From Isurus oxyrinchus (Eukaryota): a DNA stretch of 64,000 nt. Below the pieces are notes generated by a model. It was not told the DNA's origin. It saw only the letters and a program-made list of their open reading frames with translations, and made no database searches. A program made the position numbers and the translations under genes. Shown piece by piece: positions 1 through 11,799 of the stretch; position 1 is the stretch's first letter; every line of letters begins with the position of its first letter. The DNA is taken from positions 2,852,001 to 2,916,000 of the forward strand of contig JANJGN010000034.1 in NCBI GenBank assembly GCA_026770705.1. Direction: 5' to 3'.

Positions 1-394
1 GTTATCAAGTTTGTCAATATTCAATTCATTGTCCATCAACATAAATCTTATACGTTTTCTTAATATCTTAGTGCAATTTGCTGTAACACTCATACTTTCA
101 GTTTTCAAAACATTGGAATCCAAGAAATGGAGTAGGCTGCTCAGCTCCTCATACAGGTTACGTGTTTGCTGCAGACCGAAGCTAATGTGCATCCTAATTT
201 TATCTACCCACTTTAATTCTGCAATACAAAATACATTTGACAAACTAATACCCACAATTCTCGGTTTTGTCATGTCCTCAACTGCATTTTCGTCAACAAC
301 CTTGTAAGTGAATGTTTCATAACATAACGTTTTTACACTCTACCTATAATCTTACGTTTCTGTTGCATTGGTGTGTAATCACGCACAATAACTT

Positions 395-937
395 GAGAAC
401 ATAAGAATATAAAAAAAAACAGGAACAGAAGTAGGCCATTCGGGCCTTGAACCTGCTCTGCAATTCAATAAGATCAAGGCTGACCTTGTGTTTCTTTTTC
501 CACATTGCATCAACCCCCGATAACTTTTGATTATCTTGCTTGACAAGAATCGACCTACTTCTGCCTTAAAATATATTCAGTGACCCCAGCTTCACCAGCT
601 TCTGAGGCACAGAGTTCCAAAGTCGCACAACCTTCTAAGACAAAAAAATCCCTCCTCATCTCTGTCCTAAAAGGGCGACACCTAATTTTAAAACAGTGCC
701 CTCTAGTTCTGGACCCACCTACAGGAGGAAACATTCTTTCGGCGTCCACCTTGTGAAGGCCGTTCAGGGTCTTGTATATTTCAATCAAATTGCCCCTTGG
801 TCTTCTAAGCTCCAGCGGAAACAAACCCAGTCTGTCCAAACTTTCCTCATAAAACAACCCACTCTGTCCAGAAGTCAACCTAGTAAACCTCCTTTGAACA
901 GCCTCCAATACACTTACATCCTTCATAAATAAGGAGA
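395..937 (-). mobile_element. CR1-clade LINE 3' end (continues after the nested insertion, from about 2297)
   Basis: ORF 555..947 EAVQRRFTRL...LDRLGLFPLELRR...RTRGH...PFRTEMRRDFF is the CR1 ORF2 C-terminus, followed by a typical 3' UTR. Confidence 0.9.
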
Positions 938-2296
938 TAGAGTCCATTATTAAGGATGAGATTTCAGAATATTTGGAAGTGCATGGTAAAATCGGGCAAA
1001 GTCAGCATGGTTTCATCAAGGGGAGGTCATGCCTGACAATTCTGTTAGAATTCTTTGAGGCTGTAACGAGTAGGTTAGACAAAGGAGAGCCAATGGATGT
1101 TATCTACTTGGACTTCCAGAAGGCCTTTGACAAGGTGCCGCACAGGAGGGTCCTCAGTAAGATAAGAGCTCATGGTGCTGGAGCAAGGTACTTGCATGGA
1201 TAGAACATTTTCTATCTGGCAGGAGGTGGAGAGTGGCGATAAGTGGATCCTTCTCAGGATGGCGGCCAGTGACTAGTGGAGTTCCACAGGGGTCAGTGTT
1301 GGGACCACAACTTTTCACTTCATACATTAATGAGCTAGATGAAGAAAATGGGGGCATCCTGGCTATGTTTGCAGATGCTACAAAGATAGGTGGAGGGACA
1401 GGCTGTAGTGAAGAAGTGGGGATGCTGCAGAAGGATTTGGACAGTTTAGTAGAATGGGCAAAGAAGTGGCAGATGGAAGACAACGTGGGGAATTGTGAGG
1501 TCATGCACTTTGGTAGGAAGAATAGAGGCAAAGACTATTTTCTAAATGGGGACAGAATTCAGAAATCTGGAGTGCAAAGGGACTTGGGAGTCCTAGTCCA
1601 GGATTCTTTTAAGGTTAACTTGCAGGTTGAGTCAGTAGTTAGGAAGGCAAAAGCATTGTTGGCATTAATTTCGAGAGGACTAGAATATAAAAGCAGGGAT
1701 GTGCTGCTGAGACTTTATAAGGCTCTGGTCATCCCACATTTAGAATATTGTGAGCAATTTTGGGCCCCGTATCTCAGGAAAGATATGCTGGCCCTGGAGA
1801 GGGTCCAGAGGAGGTTTACGAGAACGATCCCAGGAATGAAAGGCTTAACATATGAGGAAAATTTGAGGACTCTGAGTCCATACTCAATGGCATTTAGAAG
1901 GATGAGGGGGGATTTGATTGAAACTTAGAGAATACTGAAAGACCTGGATCGAGTGGACGAGGGGAAGATGTTTCCATTAATAGGAGAGACTAAGACCCGA
2001 GGGCACAGCCTCGGAGTAAATGAAAGACCTTTTAGAACAGAGATGAGAAGAAACTCCTTTAGCCAGAGAGTGGTGAATTTATGGAACTCATTACCACAGA
2101 AGGCTGTGGAGGCCAGGTCATTGAGTATATTTAAGACCGAGATAGATGAGTTCTCAATTGGTAAGGGGATCAAAGATTATGGGGAGAAGGCGGGAGAATG
2201 GGGTTCAGAAACCTATCAGCCATGATTCAATGTTGGAGCAGACTCGATGGGCCAAATGGCCTAATTTCTGCTCCTCTGTCTTATGGTCTTATGGTC
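938..2296 (+). mobile_element. Relatively young 5'-truncated CR1 LINE (reverse transcriptase to 3' tail), frameshifted
   Basis: QHGFIKGRSCLT, YLDFQKAFDKVPH, SGVPQGSVLGP, FADA (degenerate FADD), SFSQRVVNLWNSLP; tail tcttatggtcttatggtc. Confidence 0.95.
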
Positions 2297-2961
2297 AAGA
2301 TTGCACGCAATATTTGAGCTGTGGCTTCACCAATGCCCTGAAAAACTAAAGCATAATATTCTAACTTTTATGTTAATGATCTTAAATGCCTAAAACCAAT
2401 CACTCAAAAATCTTTCATAACGAAGTGAATATAATCCCCATCTATGCTACCTGTTATTATGATTTTACTTTTATATCCCCAGATGCATTGCTGTGAATCG
2501 ACACTGCAGCCCATGCATATGCAATATAATTCCCTATGGTTCAGTCAAAATATAGTATTCCATGTGCTAACGCAACAGAGTTTTGTAAAGTTTCCTCGTA
2601 ATTAACGCTCTTTTATGTTACATTCATTTTTAGAAAAAGGCCACTCTCCAATTATACTATTAAATGCGGTGCATGCCTGCCCATTACGTGTTAGTGATAT
2701 CTGCACTTGGACGATGAAATCCCTCTGATCACCCACTATTCCTAACTTCTAGCCACTTGTAAAGTTATCCAAGTCCTATTCCTTAGACCCGAGGAAATGA
2801 TAGAATTTTCACAATGAAACACTTCTCTCTGTTTTGTCCATTTTACTTAACCTTTGACTTTTACCTTTGCAACGTTTTGCACTTACATTGTCTACTATGC
2901 CACAGAACTGTATGCTGTCAGTAAAGTTATGTTTGCATTTTACAAAACGTATGGTTTTCCT

Positions 2962-3190
2962 TGGAGGCTTTTTGGCGCATCGGGTAGAGTCCTTGCCATT
3001 GAGTTGGAAGCTTTTGCCCGATGTTCCGCTCCAGGTCTTGAGGGGCGAGGAAAGGCTATTATAAAGTGGCTAAAACAGGTGGAATATCAACTTTTAACTC
3101 CTTTCAATACACACCAATGACAGACGATAAGAGTGGGAGAGGTTCCTGGTCAACCATGTGATGGAAGGAAATTAGAGCCACTACATAGAT
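2962..3190 (+). mobile_element. Degenerate tRNA-derived SINE
   Basis: A-box-like tggcgcatcgggtag head followed by a decayed B-box region. Confidence 0.5.
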
Positions 3191-3811
3191 CCGGACTGCA
3201 ACAAGCATGCACAAATGCATGTTGCCAAAGCAACTGTGTGTTACTGGGGTACCGCTTTGCTTAGCTGTGAAATAGATTGTTGTGAAAAGGACTGCGTTCC
3301 ATCCACATTCCGGGCTGGCTCTGCCTTTTTGACGTACCGGTTGTGATGATTGTGGCTTTGGGGAGGTGCTACCTTCAGGCAGAGAACTCAAGAGTCTGCA
3401 CAAGGTTTCATCTTCCTAAAGAAGCAAATATGACATTGGCAAAAATCTGTGGCCCCAAGAGTGATTATTCGTTGACTTGATCTGTGATACTTTGCTAATA
3501 GCAGTGCTTTCCTTAGAACTTTCCTCCATCTGCTAGCTGTTAAGGTATTCTTTATCCCATATGTTGTCTTCTTAGTTGCTGTTAATTTGAGTAAGTAACC
3601 AGCACGCATAAATAATCATTTATCTACTCAGTCAAAGCAAAAACATGAGACATGATATGAAACATGGATCTCAATTAGATCACCACTTAGTCGTACACGC
3701 TGAGGGGATACCCCCATAATTTCAAACTTCGAGCCGTGAATTGTTTCTCTCTCACAATTAGCGGCCACTATACTTTTGAAATGAATACAAACAAAATATT
3801 TTTCTATTGAC

Positions 3812-3847
3812 CTTCGTCTTGCAGGGTCCGTTTCAGATTCTCTAGTT
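3812..3847 (-). CDS. Microexon 17 (36 nt): ELENLKRTLQDE
   Basis: ttttcttccctcgttttcatag|AA CTA GAG AAT CTG AAA CGG ACC CTG CAA GAC GAA G|gtcaat; strong acceptor, weak donor. Confidence 0.85.
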
Positions 3848-3924
3848 CTATGAAAACGAGGGAAGAAAATATGACAATCATTCAAATGTTAATATTTGAA
3901 AACTTAGAAGAATCAAAGATAGGA

Positions 3925-4075
3925 AGAAAAACAGAGAGGAAAAACGAGAAATAAGGAAGGTGGGAAAGGAAGAAAGGAAGGAAGGAGGGAAGGGAGGAAG
4001 GAAGGAAAGAAGGAAGGAAGGGAGAGAGGAAGGGTGGAAGGGAGGCATGGAAGAAAGATGGAAGGAAGGAAGGCC
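3925..4075 (+). repeat. (GGAA)n-like purine microsatellite
   Basis: Imperfect ggaa/ggga tandem run. Confidence 0.9.
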
Positions 4076-5422
4076 TGTCTTCCTAGCATGAAAAAATAGA
4101 CATTTGCTGTGACTGTTGAGCGATGCATTCCATGCAAACGATTTAAAATAAGTTTAAACAAAACGAGCACGTTTCAAAGCGACCCCAAGCAGCCTGCATG
4201 TCTGTTAAGGTGCCCAGATGAATCGGAGACACGTGCAAAGAGGGAATTGAATCCCCCATTTCTTGCTCTGGCCCACGTCAAATATTATCATCAATGCACG
4301 TGAAATGAAGGGCAGCTTTGCGCAATTTTATTAAACCATGTCACCTCCTCACCTTTGTCTTTCTTGATGATCTTTTGGTCTGGTGGGAACATGAATCGGG
4401 TGGATAATATTATTCACAAAAATATCTTCACCTGTCGTCATTGTAGTGGGCGCATGTGATTTGGCCAATATTGCATTGGCCAGCTCTCATATGCACTTCC
4501 CCATTTCTGTTGGCATTGTCTAGATTGAAACCACATTTGGAATACCAAATAAAACATGGCCATACTATTCCTAAGCAAACCACCCATACAGATGATGAGA
4601 CATTAAGACAAAGCGTTCCAAGTCCACCAATTATGCAGAAAATGGTTCGGTGAAGTGTCGCCTTCTATATAATGCTTCCTTCTCGATATGCAAATTCATT
4701 CACTTCAGCATTAAAGACAAATTATTAACTCTATATTATTCAGCCTGTTACCTCAGATCTATAAAATATTCAATTGCACATTTAAATTAGCCATGTTCTG
4801 ATGGAGTTCAAATTAGAATGGAGCCGGAACGCAAATCATCATGGCTCACTTTGGAACCTGTTGTCCTACAAGAACAAGTGTCAGCTTTGTTGGCATGACG
4901 GAAATTATATTAACACCGCCCAATCATTTTGAAGTTTGGCCCCTAATAATTTAATCTGTGATGCCAGAAAAAAGACTGCCTCCTCTGTTTCCATCTGTTT
5001 GTTTCGAGCATCCGAGGGATAACTCGTGGAGACAGGTCACCTATACAGAGGGGAAGCTACTTCCCAATTTGAATCGATGGCTCCAAATGATAGTTGTTCA
5101 ATTTCCTCTGCTCACCCATTTCATTGATGCTGTCTTTTAGTTTTCCTATGGCTAAAAAGGAGATAAATAAATAGATACATATGTAGATAAGTTATTTAAA
5201 ATACATATTTTTTATATTTTAGACATATTGCCAATGAGTTCAAACAGAGAGTTTAGACTTCATAGACCTTTTGTAGAATATCAATGACTTAGAGAGGGAT
5301 CAGGAGAAAGTCCACAATAATGGGACATGTTTCGGGGATCTTCAATTTGCTTGAAACACTGGATAGGCGGGATCTGTCTGCCTCGAGTGGAGAAACTTGC
5401 GGGGGAACTTAACAGCGATATT

Positions 5423-6380
5423 GGCCTGAATCTTCCGATATGAGGAGCAGCGAATTATTTAACTAAAGCTCCTGTAGCTCCGAGGCGCGCACATGTGGGA
5501 GGTTTAAACTTCTGATTCAGGGTTTCACCCTGCCTGGGCACTGCACAACTGCCCGTGGCATTTGGATCAGCCCGTTTAAACGATGGAGAATTAGATGTAT
5601 TCACTGTTCTTTCTCCCCCGACGATTTACCTCAGGCTTTCTCAGGAGCGAAGTAACTTGGCAATATTAGAACCACGGCATTGCTCAACACCGCCCAGTAA
5701 TGCTCAATGTGCTTCCGACAATGTTCACTCGCCTTTAAGGAATATCAACCCGCAACCCACACACCCTCTCCCCCTAGCAATGCCCAGGCTCTCCCACTTG
5801 ACTAGATAATCTGTAACCCCCAGCCCCCACCCCGGATAACTCTGAATCTCCTCTCTACATTGAACTGAGAGGCGGCAGAGCGGAACTGAATAATGTTGCC
5901 GGGGGGGGGAGGGGCGGGGGGGGGGAGGGGCGGTGGTGGGGGCGGGGAGGTGAACGAGGGTTTCAACCTTTCAGGGGGCTGTGAGGGGTTGAACATATCA
6001 GCTGGCAAGCAGGAGGTGCACCTTGCTGGCAGTTGAGAGAGTGGGGGGTGGGGGGTGTTGAATGCCGCCGGGGATAATGGCAATGCAGTTGGCTGTCAGG
6101 TGATGGAATGGAGAAGGATTTTGTGAGTGAGATTAGTCGGAGGGAGGTTGTTCGGTACTGGGTATGTCCGCTCCATTTAGAGACAGTGGAAGGCAATTAA
6201 CGGAAATCAGGCCTTCAATTGCCTGGCTGGACTATGTCTCGCCACTAGGACTCCAGAATCTGCTCATAGCTGGACCTCTGCTGGAGGGAAGACCGAAAGG
6301 TGTGAGGACTGCAATCCAAAATAGTATGTGGGCAGTTTAACTCGGAAATCCATTCCTCTGCCGTTGGGTAGATATTTGCC
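5423..6380. mobile_element. Putative non-autonomous DNA transposon (PIF/Harbinger-like)
   Basis: Degenerate terminal inverted repeats GGCCTGAATCTTCC / GGTAGATATTTGCC flanked by ATT on both sides; GC-rich interior. Confidence 0.45.
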
Positions 6381-7589
6381 ATTGAAAATCATGAAATGTT
6401 ATGTTAGATTAATTAAGGCATTTTTTTCCCCACTTGCAAAATGAATTATAACCAGTAGAGGGAAACTGATGGCCACAAGACATGTGAGGAGATTTTTCTT
6501 TAAGCAGCGACTTATTTTGATCTTGGATTCACCGCTAATATGACTGGTGAAATAAATGCAACCTTCGCTTTCAAAATTGAATCCCTTAAAACTTGCAGGT
6601 GAGAATAATTGCAAGGTTCCAGGAAAGGCCTGGTATTGGGGCTAATGTGATAACTCTTAGAATGACCTGGCACGCCATTATATGTCAAACGGCTCCCTTC
6701 TCTCTTGTAAGATACCATTGTTCGATGAATAAAAGAAGGGGTTGGCAGGAATGTTGGTCTTTGCACAGAAGCTGAAGACCCTGGGTTAATATTATTTAAA
6801 TTTCAAAGGGACCCGATTAAAGCAATAAAAGACTGCGGGGGACTCAAAATAAAAAGCAAAACTTGTTAAATGTCTTGATATTATTTTTGCTTTGTTTTAT
6901 GGATTTCGGCATTTCAAGAAGGTTCAGAGCGTGACATGAGGCGTCGGGCATGTCAGTAATTCGTTTCAAATTTAAAAGCTAACTGAGGGAAGGAACGGTT
7001 AAAGAAGCAAAACTGCCCAGTTTTGCAAATGATTTTATGGTCCGTGGTGCATATTTCAGCCTATGATGTCACCATGTTAAAGTTGGCAAAATGTATGCGA
7101 ATGGACACTGATGATTCTGCTACAAATTCATCTCAATAAGGGATAAACGGTGGCAAGTTGTTAGTTGACCCACATGAGGCGTCCTCAATAACTGGACCCA
7201 TCCAAGTTAATGGCACTGGACATTAGCTGGAAATATAAGGAGTGAACAATGGGATATCTCTTGATTTGCATGGCCACTGAAGGCAGATTTGAACCTTATT
7301 ACATCTTTGAACAGTGTTCTCAAGTCCATGCACGATCGCTCACAACTGCAAGAATCCGTGCAAGGAGCCCATGTACTTGTTTGCCATCAAGATCGAGACA
7401 CTGTGATTCCTCAGCAGCAACTTTGTTCCTCCATTTGCGGCCCAATTTTCCAAGCTTCCATTATTTATCCCCCCGCTCTACCCCTGAACTCGCATAATTT
7501 TCTAGCTTCTTTCCAGTGTCCCATCATATGCTATCTTTGCGCTTATCTTTTCTGTAGGACCCGCCTCCTGTTCCCTCGATTCTCGTTCT

Positions 7590-9030
7590 ACTAAGCTGCT
7601 GTCATTAAACCTCCCCTCCTTGCCCTCATGTTAACTGTATTTCTAAATATTTCTGACTCTTCAAGTGTTATCCCAATTTCCTTCGAATTTGCTCTCGATA
7701 TCGTCTTTCTGAAAAAAAAATCCTTGACCTCCGTGGTTGTCTCAAACTTGCACCCCAGCTCCCACGTTCCTTTTTATCTCCAAAGACCAAAAACATCTCG
7801 CCTCGCAAATCTGTTCCCACCTTTCCTGGAGTTCAATGTTCGTTTCTCTCCAATGAGATTCCACTGCCAAAGCTGGAATAAACGTACCATTCTGAAACTC
7901 ACAAACAACATATTATGTTTTTGTGGCAAAGCTAAACCTAGCCTCTTTGTACTTCACCCCTGCCTGGAGCCTTTTCCACAGTTGACCATAACAATCCCTT
8001 TTAGCAACTCTCCACCTTTGTCCATCAGGATGTGCCGACTCTCACGTGTTTCCACTCTTATCTATCTACTTGTTGTCAGGAAGTCACTTGCAAAGTCATG
8101 GCATTGTGCTCCTGCACCATTACCTCTGGTCTCCACAAATGACCTACCCATGGCCACCGCCTATTTGTTTATCGTAACCCACTTGCTACTTACTGGTGAA
8201 ACCTATCGTAGGCACAGTGCTGGTTTCCATATTTTTTGGCGAAATACTTTGGTTAACTCACTCCTCCCTCTGTCACTTCTTCCATTGTTATTAAATCATC
8301 AGACTGATTTTCTGACAACCAATGCTGGGTGAGCAGAAACGCCCTCCAATTCCAAACTGGCAGGCCGTAAGCCATTGGAGCGGTTCCCAGTCCAATCTAA
8401 ATTTCCACCCCTTAGCGTGGAAACAGCCTGAGATTAAGTCAGTCCCTTGAAAACCTTTGTGTCACATTTGAGGCAGCCTTCCGACCTCGTATTTATCCCA
8501 TCACTAATACCGCATATTTCCCTCCTCAAATTGCCCGGATTCACTCCAGTTCAGTTCACCTGCTCCGTTTGCCAATAAGGCATCACTGTTGTCTGTTGAC
8601 TCGGCTCCCCCAGCACACTGATGCCTGGCCTTCCACACCCTACCACCCATAAACTTGAAGTCATTGAAAACTCCGATTACTGCATCGTAACTCACATCAA
8701 GCCAAGTCCGCTCATCACCCCTGTGGTTACTGACCTACATTCAGCCTGCGTCCAAATGCTCATGTTTGTGTTCGAGTCTCTTTATGGACTCCCATGTAAC
8801 CATCTCTAATCCCATCTAGCTCCGCAGTCCTCTTAGATACCTAATTCTGGCTTGTTATCCATCCTTAAGTTTAATCTCTCTTATTGCAGGCAGTGCCTTG
8901 TGGATTGCCGATCTCAAGCTCTGCAGTTAAGTTCTTACAACCTTCCGCTTCACTAATTCACCTTCATTACTTAACGTGCTCTTTAAAACCAATATTTTTG
9001 ATGAAGCTTTTCATCACCTGACCTAATCAC
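7590..9030 (+). mobile_element. Decayed L2-clade LINE (RT region and 3' part)
   Basis: ORF 7628..8332 keeps traces of L2 motifs (NLHPSSHVPF resembling NYRPISNLPF; LKLTNNIL resembling LKVTNDIL). Confidence 0.65.
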
Positions 9031-9520
9031 TCCAGGAAAATAAAAGGACCTATACATAAAAATCTACATTTGCTGAGGTGGCTGAATGGAAAATATTGAG
9101 GAAAGCAATTGTGAGAAGTCTCCGGTTCTTTTAAATGATGCCCAGAGCGAGCTTTGCAGGTCCAGCTATGGTGACAGAACGGGAAGCGATTTAGAGTCTC
9201 ATCCAGGAGATCCAAAACCGCGTCATGAAATTACCACACTGGGAAGATTAGGAAAGATTTTGCACTCAACACGTTGCAGTGAGAAATAACACACTGTCAT
9301 CCAATTCGGATGGAATGTTGGCACGATCGAGCCACTAAGATATAGATCTGTGCACAGTGCATCTTTCTTAGTTACTACACAAGTGGACGTGTCTCACCCA
9401 GCTGTTATACCACCCACCTTGTTTTTTTCCAGCGCCCTCAGTCTAACAGGACATCATAGCCCAATATTGTTTTCCCTCAGTCTGCTGAGTCTTACCCTCA
9501 GTTAGATTCTTATCACTTAC

Positions 9521-9547
9521 CTGTGTCCTTTCCCACCAATCTTTGTT
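9521..9547 (-). CDS. Microexon 16 (27 nt): EQRLVGKDT
   Basis: cttactttaaatcttttag|AA CAA AGA TTG GTG GGA AAG GAC ACA G|gtaagt. Confidence 0.92.
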
Positions 9548-9851
9548 CTAAAAGATTTAAAGTAAGCATTATTTGAAATGGAAGGGAAGGTTTTACAGCA
9601 GAGAAAATAAATAGCAGATTGGCATTTACGTGATTTCTCTGTTCCGCCCAATCATCAGCATCACCGATTTCGACAGGAATGAATAACACTTCTGGCATAA
9701 AATGGCGACCAGAACACCAGCCACGGACAGTTTCTGTTGCATTTCCAAACCCTTGAGTTTTATATCATATTATAATATGGCAGGTATTAAGTGCTGGGCT
9801 GATCAAATCCCAAAGGGGAACTTGGCAAAGCTGCCATAAAGATTTGCAAAT

Positions 9852-10728
9852 TGTAATTCTTTACGAGAAGTTATGTGCAATCAATTCAGGAGCAAAGAGT
9901 CCGCCACCACTCCTGGAGATTTTTAATATTAACTTATAACATTTATTAATAAAAGAAAAGAAAGCATAAACACATGAGAATATGTTTACACAGTTAAATT
10001 TGGTCTTACAATATTTCCCAAAATATTTCTACTTAACTAGACTCCCAAGTAAACAACATTTTCCAGGAAACAGTCCGAATAGCGTCTAAATCTATAAACA
10101 TTGACAAGGTAACCACTGTTGCTGTAAGGGAGGTATTTCACCGCTTCCTTCTTCCCTTCACTTGACAATGGAATTCGAAGGCTTTTAAGAAAACCTTGCT
10201 TTTTGGAGCAAGCAAGCACTTCTCTGGGTTGGCAGAAGCTGCGACTTCACAGTGCACTCATCAAGATCTCACTTGGCCACTCACCATACAGCTGTCAATA
10301 ATTTCTTAAATATATTTTTTCCCTTGTGATCTTTAAAACCCATTGTTTTAAACTTTCTTCTGAAGCTACATTTCGCAGAGTATAACACAAATATTTCATG
10401 TTGCCATTAGGGCTAGCACTTGCAGGAAAAATAAACTGAATAGCTTTGTCCTAATTATTAGCAATTTTGACTGTTGCCAAACGTCAGGTCACATCTCTTT
10501 GAAATTTAACTTCCACTAACCTCCTAATGCAAATTACCATTTATATTATTGGGATCACATCATAACTTGACTATCAGCATTTGAAAATGTGTGTTTTCAC
10601 TCCTAATCCCTTTGATGATTTAAATCTTGGCGCCTGGCTAGTCACACACACAACACACACAGCTCGCAGAATCCTGCTTCAGTACCACACAGTTATATCG
10701 GGGAAAATAACGTGAAATTTCCTTTACA
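9852..10728. mobile_element. Possible solo LTR
   Basis: TGTAA...TTACA termini about 880 bp apart, AATAAA near one end; no clean target-site duplication. Confidence 0.35.
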
Positions 10729-11799
10729 ATGATTTTTCTTTTGCTGTAATGTCAACTGCAACAATTAATTACTGCGCAGATTCTGAGATCAGTGTAAAGA
10801 CAGATAATTCTGGGGCATTTTATGTGCAGTGGAGAGAGAAAGTAGGTTAAACATTTTATCAGAAATGCAGTACAACACTCCTTCAGTAGTTCTCTAGAGT
10901 GTCAACCTAGGTTTGCTTTATCGAAGCTCTGGATTGCAACTTGAGTCTATGATCAAGTCATTGCAGATTAAACTTACAAATTGAGCTGCGGCTGGCGGTT
11001 TATATTCTAAATTCATTGTATTAAATATAATTACTTAGCTGTGTTGGTCGGATGCAAACTAGAATCTCTGGGCCATTAGTGCAGTCAGATAACTGCTATG
11101 GTATTATACCCTAACAAGTTTAAGGAATTCCTCGCACCACTGAGAACGTGAGGCTGAGATTTCTCAGCAGACAGGGCGTGAGTGGAAAGGACCAATGTTC
11201 AATTCCAGGTTTTTCCAGTTCTCTTCCTAAATCTGTTTTCTATTTGCTCGATTCTCACGGTGCAGGAGAGCACTCAATTTTTACAATAGCGTGACGACGT
11301 TCCATGATTCATGTTCCAGTCCCTTCGAGGTGCATGATCAAACTACACTACTTCCATCATTTGCAATACAGGTTTCAGGTAATATTCATGTTACTTGGTG
11401 AGTGATGGAGGGATCTAAACTGAGACTCCCAACATAGTTGTCCATATCTCCTTATAGTTTTGGGGAATTTAAATTCAATTTATTAAATACATATGGAATA
11501 AAAAAAAACTAGCATCAATAAGGATGGTGATAAAATTAGGGTTTACATTAACATGAATTGCAGCCCGAGAGAATACTACTTCTATAGAGCACTTAGCTTG
11601 AGGAATGAAATGGGTGAGGGAATTCACGGTACTGAGGGAAAAGGTACAGTGCTCTAACCTTTTACAAAGCAAAGTGTAGTCTGAATGAGGGAGGAGGAGA
11701 CAGCGAGATCTAAGTGCGGAAACCCATTGAATACAGATGGTTAGCAATTGGACGTAGATCTTGATTTCAGGTTGTCACTGACAGGATTGTGAAAAGCGA

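Noticed and set aside
190-240. Minus-strand acceptor gtattttgtattgcag|AATTAAAGTGG as a possible next exon
   Set aside because: No donor at 27 or 36 nt and it lies next to CR1-like remnants; the next exon probably lies outside the window.
1233-1928. 231-aa reverse transcriptase ORF as a functional gene
   Set aside because: 5'-truncated CR1 with frameshifts and a FADA catalytic-motif mutation.
7628-8332. 234-aa plus ORF
   Set aside because: Decayed L2 sequence drifting between frames.
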